From Bdellovibrionales bacterium (GTDB lineage Bacteria > Bdellovibrionota > Bdellovibrionia > Bdellovibrionales > UBA1609), in contig DAHVQG010000002.1 of assembly GCA_027317865.1 (NCBI GenBank), positions 64,001 through 128,000 of the forward strand: 64,000 nucleotides of DNA. Reading direction: 5' to 3'. How positions within the stretch are numbered: position 1 is the first letter of the stretch; each line of letters opens with the position of its first letter. Below, piece after piece: positions 57,643-64,000 of this stretch. A program made the position numbers and the translations under genes. The notes beneath the pieces are model-generated. The model was not told the origin of the DNA and searched no databases. It was given only the letters and a program-made list of their open reading frames with translations.

Positions 57643-59171
57643 GTTCTTGTTGCGGTGGTTGGCCGATTTGTCGTTTCGGTTCGCGACAACGGTTTTTGTA
57701 TGATGTGAATGGCGTGGCCGAGTGTGGCTTCAGCGGCCTCCATCACCACTTCTCCAAGCGTCGGGTGCGGGTGAATCGTCAGCGCAAGGTCTTCAAGTAG
57801 CGCGCCCATTTCAATCGCCAAAGCTGCCTCGCTTATGAGATTGCTGACTTCGGGGCCCACCATATGTACGCCCAGAACAACATGCGACTTTTTATCGGCA
57901 ATAATTTTCACGAAACCATCTGTCTCCATCAGTGAAACGGCTCGCCCGTTGGCCGCAAACGGAAATTTGCTGATCATAAGATCATTAAAACCGCGCGCGG
58001 CACATTCCGACTCGAGCAGCCCGACACTGGCAATTTCAGGATCGGTAAATACAACTGCCGGGACGGTCTTAACATCGTACGCTCGGTTCATGCCGCCAAT
58101 GACTTCGGCAACGAGCACTCCTTCGTGACTCGCTTTATGCGCGAGCATTGGCTGCCCCGCAATGTCACCTATTGCAAAAATATGAGCGAAATTTGTCCGC
58201 CTTTGGGAGTTCACCTTAACGAAACCCCGCTCATCAATTGCGACACCAACTTTTTTTAGCCCCGTTTGATCAGAGTTTGGCCGCCGGCCCACAGTTAGTA
58301 AAATTTTGTCACATTCGATTTTTTCAGTTTTCCCTGAAAGTTCGTATTCGACGCTGTACGACGAATCCTTTTTGTCGCCCATTTTCTTATAAGCTTTTGC
58401 TTTGGCGCCAAAAATCACATTCACTCCGCTTTTCTTTAACTTTCGCTCCACAATTTGTACACATTCACGGTCGGCAACACCGTTTAAAAGCGCAGAGCCT
58501 GCTTCAAGCACGGTTACTTCACTCCCCAATTTTCTCAGGTAAGAGCCTATTTCGAGTCCAATGTAACCGCCGCCAATTACAACCAATGATTTGGGAATTT
58601 CGTCAAGTGCGAGCGCCCCCGTCGACGACAAAACATTTTTTTCGTCGATTTGAAATCCCGGAATTTCAATTGGTCTTGAGCCGGTTGCAATGACAAAATT
58701 TTTGGCTGTGACCATTGTCACCTCGCCCGCTCCATTAGTTTTACCGTTCGTTTCGCCCGGGCGGCTCGCGCTGACTTTCAGTTCGTTTGGCGAAACAAAT
58801 TCCGCTTCGCCACGAATCACCGTCACAGCGTTACCTTTTAACAGTTGCGAAACACCGCTCGACATACGGTCTGAGACGGATTGCTTCCAACCCACTAGCT
58901 TTTTCATGTTGAGATTGATTTCAGCCGATTTTCCGCCGCTTTTTATTTCGATACCCATTTCAGGAGCATCATGACGGAGTCTTTCTAAAAAGTGCGACGC
59001 GCTGATCATCGCCTTTGAGGGAATGCAACCAACATTTAAACAAACGCCGCCTAAAAACTCGCGCTCGATGACACACGTTTTTTTACCCAGTTGCGCCGCC
59101 CGGATCGCAGCCACATAACCCCCAGGTCCGGCACCAATTACGCAAACATCAAAATTTTGTTGAGTACTCAC
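57639..59171 (-). CDS. lpdA: dihydrolipoyl dehydrogenase (E3)
   Basis: GAGPGGY, GGVCLNVGCIPSK, GGGYIGLE, LAHKA, HPHPTLGE. Confidence 0.97.
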   Translation of the reverse strand: MSTQQNFDVCVIGAGPGGYVAAIRAAQLGKKTCVIEREFLGGVCLNVGCIPSKAMISASHFLERLRHDAPEMGIEIKSGGKSAEINLNMKKLVGWKQSVSDRMSSGVSQLLKGNAVTVIRGEAEFVSPNELKVSASRPGETNGKTNGAGEVTMVTAKNFVIATGSRPIEIPGFQIDEKNVLSSTGALALDEIPKSLVVIGGGYIGLEIGSYLRKLGSEVTVLEAGSALLNGVADRECVQIVERKLKKSGVNVIFGAKAKAYKKMGDKKDSSYSVEYELSGKTEKIECDKILLTVGRRPNSDQTGLKKVGVAIDERGFVKVNSQRRTNFAHIFAIGDIAGQPMLAHKASHEGVLVAEVIGGMNRAYDVKTVPAVVFTDPEIASVGLLESECAARGFNDLMISKFPFAANGRAVSLMETDGFVKIIADKKSHVVLGVHMVGPEVSNLISEAALAIEMGALLEDLALTIHPHPTLGEVVMEAAEATLGHAIHIIQKPLSRTETTNRPTTATRT

Positions 59172-59225
59172 CGTAAACTCCGTTTGTTATGTACAGGCCG
59201 CGCCATTTCGCGGCCTCAGGTATTG

Positions 59226-60563
59226 TTAAACCATATCGAGTACAAGCTCGCCCACATTTTCAATACGTTTCAAAAACGCCTTTAAGAAATTTGCCGCCAC
59301 GGCGCCATCGATCAAGCGGTGATCGCAGGTCGCTGAGAAATTCATCACTTGGGTGGGCACAAATGTTCCGTCTTTATAAACGGGCTTCCAATCTACCTTG
59401 TACATGCCGATGATCGCGACTTCTGGATGATTAATGATCGGTGTCGCGTACGAGCCGCCCACGCTCCCGATATTGGTGATCGTGATCGTTGCGCCTTTCA
59501 TTTCTTCGACAGATATTTTACCGTCGCGCGCTTTGTTTGCCAGCTCCACAATTTCTCGGCTGATCTCAAGCACTGTCTTTTGATCCGCATTTTTTATGAC
59601 CGGCACTAATAATCCGTTTGGGGTGTCAGCGGCAAAACCGATGTTGTAGTACTTTTTGTACACGATTTCGCCGGCCTGATCGTCAATACTCGCATTGAGC
59701 ATCGGAAAATTTCGCAGTGTCGAAATAAGCGCCTTCATTACAAAAGGTAAATAGGTGACTTTGATACCCAATTTTTCCGCTGCTTGCTTGGCCTGCGCGC
59801 GCAAGCGAACAAGTTCTGAAACATTGGCTTCATCCATTATAGTAAAATGAGGAACAATTTGCTTCGTCAGTTGCATCTGTTCGGCAATTTTGCGGCGAAT
59901 TCCTCGAAGCGGGACTCGTTCTTCAGCATTTGCTTGAGTTGAGACGTAAGCATGCCGAGGTACAGATGGCATCATTGGCGCCCACGACGGAGATCCCGCC
60001 GCGACGGCACCTGAACCCGATTTACTTTTCATCACATCTTCACGTGTCACGCGGCCAGCGAGCCCCGTGCCCTGAAGAAGGTTAATGTCGACACTCATCT
60101 CGCGCGCGAGCCGTCTCGTTGCAGGTGTCGCCAAAACTCGCGATTCCGCCGTCGGCGGGTAAACATCCAACCCGCCGCCGTTACCACGAGCCGCAAATTG
60201 AGGCGCCGCTGCCGGTGCCGTCTTTGGCGTTGCCGACATCGCAGAGGCTGGTTTTGACGGCGATGAAGGCGTTGCCTTCGATGAAACAGTTGCCGCCGGT
60301 TTTGCGACCGCCGCACCAGCACCACTTGCATCGAGCAAAAGAAGTGTCGTTTCAATTGGTACGACATCACCCTCTTTGGCTTTTAATTCTTTTACTACTC
60401 CAGCAACAGGGGACGGCACTTCAACTGTTGCTTTATCGGTCATGACTTCAGCGACCGGTTGATCAGCACTCACCGAATCACCGACTTTCACCAACCATTT
60501 TACGATTTCGCCTTCGGTCACACCTTCGCCAATATCGGGGAGCTTCACTTCTTTCGTTGCCAT
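59226..60563 (-). CDS. 2-oxo-acid dehydrogenase E2 (dihydrolipoamide acyltransferase, single lipoyl domain)
   Basis: Lipoyl domain EVMTDKATVEV; E3-binding ATPATRRLARE; catalytic DHRLIDG; PDH versus branched-chain specificity cannot be told by eye. Confidence 0.93.
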   Translation of the reverse strand: MATKEVKLPDIGEGVTEGEIVKWLVKVGDSVSADQPVAEVMTDKATVEVPSPVAGVVKELKAKEGDVVPIETTLLLLDASGAGAAVAKPAATVSSKATPSSPSKPASAMSATPKTAPAAAPQFAARGNGGGLDVYPPTAESRVLATPATRRLAREMSVDINLLQGTGLAGRVTREDVMKSKSGSGAVAAGSPSWAPMMPSVPRHAYVSTQANAEERVPLRGIRRKIAEQMQLTKQIVPHFTIMDEANVSELVRLRAQAKQAAEKLGIKVTYLPFVMKALISTLRNFPMLNASIDDQAGEIVYKKYYNIGFAADTPNGLLVPVIKNADQKTVLEISREIVELANKARDGKISVEEMKGATITITNIGSVGGSYATPIINHPEVAIIGMYKVDWKPVYKDGTFVPTQVMNFSATCDHRLIDGAVAANFLKAFLKRIENVGELVLDMV

Positions 60564-60581
60564 TTTTTCTCCGTAATTTAG

Positions 60582-61502
60582 TTAAGCGTTCGTCAATTCG
60601 CGTTTTCGTTTTTCGATTATCCCACGCATAAAATATTCACCGGCCCGGTACGAACTACGCACCAAGGCGCCGCTTGCCACATATAGAAATCCCATTTCTT
60701 CGGCCCGTGACTTCCACCACGCAAATTTTTCGGGAGTCACAAATTCTTCAACCTTAAGCTTCGTTTTGGTCGGCTGTAAATACTGGCCGAAGGTCACCAC
60801 ATCGCAATCAACCGCGCGCAAATCGCGCAACGTCTGCATGACTTCGTCATCGCTTTCGCCCAAGCCTAACATAATCGAAGTTTTCGTATAACGAGTAGGA
60901 TCATGCTTTTTAACAAACGCGAGAACCCCAAGTGATTGCGCATAACCGGCTCGTGGGTCACGAGCGCGCTTTTGAAGCCGCTCCACAGTTTCGATATTAT
61001 GCGCAAACACATCCGGTTTAGCGTCGACAATTTTTGCGATAAACTCTTTGTGCCCCTTAAAATCGGGAGTTAAAACCTCAACTAAAAGTTCCGGTTTATT
61101 CGCTTTGATCGTCGCCACTGTGCGCGCAAAATGTCCCGAACCTTCATCCGGGAGGTCATCGCGATCGACGCTTGTAATAACCACATAATCGAGATTCATT
61201 TGGGCAATCGCAAAACCCACTTTTTCGGGTTCGTCATTATCAATGCGGCCCTTCGGGTTACCCGTTTTCACTGAACAAAATCGGCACCCGCGCGTACATA
61301 CCTCACCCATCAGCATAAATGTCGCCGTGCCGCCACCCCAACATTCAGCCACGTTCGGGCAACGTGCCTCTTGGCAAACGGTTGCCAAGTTAAGCGATTT
61401 AAGAAGGTCTTTGATTTCGTGATATTTTTCTCCCGCAGGAGCGCGAACTTTTAACCATTCCGGCTTAGGCGCAAAACGGGATTTAGCGGTATTTTCTTGC
61501 AT
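60582..61502 (-). CDS. lipA: lipoyl synthase
   Basis: CQEARCPNVAEC, radical SAM CTRGCRFC, VRSSY; ATG 61502 (track 61574). Confidence 0.97.
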   Translation of the reverse strand: MQENTAKSRFAPKPEWLKVRAPAGEKYHEIKDLLKSLNLATVCQEARCPNVAECWGGGTATFMLMGEVCTRGCRFCSVKTGNPKGRIDNDEPEKVGFAIAQMNLDYVVITSVDRDDLPDEGSGHFARTVATIKANKPELLVEVLTPDFKGHKEFIAKIVDAKPDVFAHNIETVERLQKRARDPRAGYAQSLGVLAFVKKHDPTRYTKTSIMLGLGESDDEVMQTLRDLRAVDCDVVTFGQYLQPTKTKLKVEEFVTPEKFAWWKSRAEEMGFLYVASGALVRSSYRAGEYFMRGIIEKRKRELTNA

Positions 61503-61556
61503 GGCGTTTATCCTACCTCTATAGGCTGAGACTGGCAAACGGACGAAGGATACCCT

Positions 61557-62297
61557 ATGCGCTACGAAAGTCACCTGATCGAAGGCCGGTTTTTAAATCG
61601 CTATAAGCGCTTTTTTGCCAAAGTTGAACTGAGCGAAAATGGCACACGAAAATCAATTGTGGCCCATGTCGCAAATACCGGCAGCCTTCGTGGTGTTTGC
61701 GAAGTGCCGAATCCATGTCGCGTGGCATTTCACGATAATCCGAAGCGTAAGCTCAAGTATTCGCTAGAACAGATTCAAATTGGCACCGCTTGTGTCGGCG
61801 TAAATACGCATCTTGCCAACGATCTCGTTGCTGAAGCGTTTGAAATGAAACTGTTTAAGCATTGGCGTCATCTTGTCGGCATGCAGCGCGAGTTTAAAAT
61901 CTCAGACAAAACACGTCTCGATTTTCGCTTCGAAGACGCCCGCGGCGGTTACCATTTCGTTGAAGTCAAAAGTGTGTCGATGGCCGCTCGGGAACATAAA
62001 AATCCGCAGCAGAAGGCAATAACAATTGCCCAGTTTCCGGATTCGCCGACTGTGCGCGGGCAAAAGCATCTTGAGGAGCTAATGGCGCTGGTTCAACTGG
62101 GCCACAGCGCTGAAATATTTTTTGTTGTGCAAAGAACCGACGCGGAGGCTTTTTCTCCGGCCGAGCAAATCGACGTCAAATATGCCGAACTTTTACGGTC
62201 CGCCCATAAAATGGGCGTTCGCGTTTCAGCCTTTGCGGTGAACTTTTCCGCTGAAGCGGCGGCGTTATTATCTACGCCGCTTAAAATTTTACTATGA
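61557..62297 (+). CDS. sfsA: DNA/RNA nuclease SfsA
   Basis: RYKRFFA, HVANTGS, RLDF, FVEVKSV, FPDSPTVRGQKHL, FVVQR. Confidence 0.92.
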   Translation: MRYESHLIEGRFLNRYKRFFAKVELSENGTRKSIVAHVANTGSLRGVCEVPNPCRVAFHDNPKRKLKYSLEQIQIGTACVGVNTHLANDLVAEAFEMKLFKHWRHLVGMQREFKISDKTRLDFRFEDARGGYHFVEVKSVSMAAREHKNPQQKAITIAQFPDSPTVRGQKHLEELMALVQLGHSAEIFFVVQRTDAEAFSPAEQIDVKYAELLRSAHKMGVRVSAFAVNFSAEAAALLSTPLKILL

Positions 62298-63110
62298 CGA
62301 TTTCGAAGACGGCGCTTCTGCTGGCGTCGCATCCGACGGTGTAGATTTCAAAATGTGGTCAATCACACGCCTAAAAAATTCATAAGGATACGATCCATTC
62401 ACAATGGCGCCGTTAATCGCAAAACCCGGGGTGCCGGTAATGCCGAATTTTTTCGCCTCCGCCTGATCGTCAGCGATGCGTTTTTTTACTTTTGCACTTC
62501 GAGCTGCCTGTTCGACTTTAAATAAGTTGGCACCGACCTTTTTGACGGCCCTTTTCAAATATTGGTCGCCTTCCATGCGAAACTTATCTTGGTTAGCAAA
62601 AATGAGATCGTGAAACTGAAGCGCTTGAGCATTATTTTGCATGGCTAAAGCTTCCATATATTGCGCAGCAACTTTGCTTTCTGGGGCCAAAATCGGCAGC
62701 TCCTTATAAACGATGCGCACCTTACCGCTATAATTTGCCATGATTTTTTGTAACACCGACTGTTCTTGTTGGCAGTGGCCGCAGTTAAAATCCGCCCACT
62801 CCACAATAGTCACAGGAGCATTGGCCGAACCCCAAATCGCACGATTGGCCGCAATCTTAACCACTTGAGGATTTTTGAGTTCTGATTCGACTTTTTGAAT
62901 GTCCTGGCCGAGAGCTTGATCGAGTTGAACTTTGTGCGCTTCGCTTTGCGCCTTTTCAACAGCGGCAAAAAAACCGCTCGGGTCCGCTTTGATGGCTGAA
63001 AATACAATATCCGGATGCTCTTTCATGGCTTTTTTGAGTTGAGTGGGCGAAGGGCTACAGGCCGCAAGTGCCCAACCGGCCAGGCCGATCAGGATAAATT
63101 GGATTTTCAA
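62292..63110 (-). CDS. DsbA/ScsC-like thioredoxin-fold lipoprotein
   Basis: TTG 63110 after AAGGAG; lipobox LAAC; EWADFNCGHC; GITGTP; N-terminal helix KEHPDIVFSAI. Confidence 0.88.
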   Translation of the reverse strand: MKIQFILIGLAGWALAACSPSPTQLKKAMKEHPDIVFSAIKADPSGFFAAVEKAQSEAHKVQLDQALGQDIQKVESELKNPQVVKIAANRAIWGSANAPVTIVEWADFNCGHCQQEQSVLQKIMANYSGKVRIVYKELPILAPESKVAAQYMEALAMQNNAQALQFHDLIFANQDKFRMEGDQYLKRAVKKVGANLFKVEQAARSAKVKKRIADDQAEAKKFGITGTPGFAINGAIVNGSYPYEFFRRVIDHILKSTPSDATPAEAPSSKSS

Positions 63111-63150
63111 GTTGCACTCCTTTGAATGTTCAATAAAACTGTATTTTGTC

Positions 63151-63768
63151 ATGAAAAAACCCGCGCTGTCTATGATGACCTCATTCTTCGTGGCATTCGC
63201 CGCCATGTCGCTTATCGCCAACCGGGCCCACGCGGTTCAATTTATATATTCCAAATTACAAATGAAAAATTATGATCAAATGCGAAATGAAGTTCGAGTT
63301 CGCGTAAGACAAGCTGAAAAAATCAGTGATGCCAATCCTGCTGGAGCCAAAATCGAACTTCAAACGGCACTGGATCTCATTTTTTCTCGACCCACAACCG
63401 GCAATATGGTTTCTGAATTGGTCCCAATGGTAAGAACGCCTCTGAGAAATATGGGCGGTTATCATGTGGCTCTTTCGCACATCGTGAACCAAGCGATTTC
63501 AAACTTAAAAAATAATGACCTCAGCGCGCCCGTGCGCACCACCGGTCTCATTGTTTTAAAAAATGTAATGAGCGAGCTGCGTCCTGATCTTCGCGACAAA
63601 AAAATTCGGGTATTGTTCGTTCGAATTCAAAATGCCCATCTGAAAATTCCTAAAGCTGTCCGATCCGAATTGTTTTTGCGCGGGTCAATCCCCGTTGGAA
63701 TGTCGCCATCAAAAATTGCGGCTATGATCCTGAAGGCAGCGCCGAATTCCCGGGCCGCTTCACGATAG
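63151..63768 (+). CDS. secreted basic helical hypothetical protein
   Basis: ATG 63151 gives a signal peptide ending AHA (track start 63043 overlaps the DsbA-like gene). Confidence 0.65.
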   Translation: MKKPALSMMTSFFVAFAAMSLIANRAHAVQFIYSKLQMKNYDQMRNEVRVRVRQAEKISDANPAGAKIELQTALDLIFSRPTTGNMVSELVPMVRTPLRNMGGYHVALSHIVNQAISNLKNNDLSAPVRTTGLIVLKNVMSELRPDLRDKKIRVLFVRIQNAHLKIPKAVRSELFLRGSIPVGMSPSKIAAMILKAAPNSRAASR

Positions 63769-64000
63769 TAAGAACGCTCGCATAAGATCGACCTCTGGCC
63801 GTATGCACGCGGATTTTCAAATGGTTTGTGCCGTTAGCAAGCCGAATATAGTCAGAAGTAATCTCACCGTCGCCAAGCTTGAATAATGTCCCTTGGTTGC
63901 CGTTAGCCAAATTGACGATTCGGCTACCTTGAAGTTCAGAAGCTGCCCCATGGCATTTTTGAATTTTAATGCGCACAAGCCGCGCGACACTTTGACGAGT
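63722..64000 (-). CDS. 3' end of a hypothetical protein (partial)
   Basis: Frame stays open to the window edge; beta-rich ...NQGTLFK...TSDYIRLANGTNHLKI. Confidence 0.45.
   Translation of the reverse strand, partial: TRQSVARLVRIKIQKCHGAASELQGSRIVNLANGNQGTLFKLGDGEITSDYIRLANGTNHLKIRVHTARGRSYASVLTIVKRPGNSALPSGS

Noticed and set aside
1-64000. CRISPR arrays, tRNA/rRNA, IS elements, prophage or defence islands
   Set aside because: No spaced direct repeats, cloverleaf signatures, or transposase, integrase or phage motifs seen by eye; the intergenic gaps are too short for most of these

Overview
A 64-kb chromosomal window of roughly mid-range GC. It most likely comes from a predatory Bdellovibrionota bacterium. 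That is an inference from the short flagellins, the maf-yggS-proC-divIVA block divergent from a tadC/DUF192/FHA operon, the lipA-E2-lpdA-lipB operon and the many orphan secreted proteins. Much of the window is housekeeping: purH, mlaEFD, alr, nadB, two fliC, sodB, dps, a UbiB-family kinase, rnr, sua5, valS, divIVA, proC, yggS, maf, exbBD, lipB, lpdA, E2, lipA, sfsA and a DsbA-family protein. I saw no rRNA, tRNA, CRISPR array, transposase, integrase or phage genes. The standout is 28359..31814(-). It encodes an apparent signal peptide, two tandem ClpA/B D2-type AAA+ modules and an intact FtsH-type M41 zinc-protease domain, with no membrane anchor. It is a candidate exported, self-contained unfoldase-protease that would need to reach an ATP-containing compartment such as prey cytoplasm. 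Other notable items: a His-less kinase coupled to a degenerate GGDEF protein with an intact RxxD site; a long MlaD with a barrel-like C-terminus; a Tad/FHA operon ending in a PP2C-like pseudo-phosphatase; flagellin regulatory elements (sigma28 and sigma54-like promoters, CsrA-type hairpins, a shared 15-mer, a structured 3' region); a 26-aa membrane microprotein; and a sigma28-driven membrane acyltransferase. All calls come from reading motifs by eye; no database searches were run.
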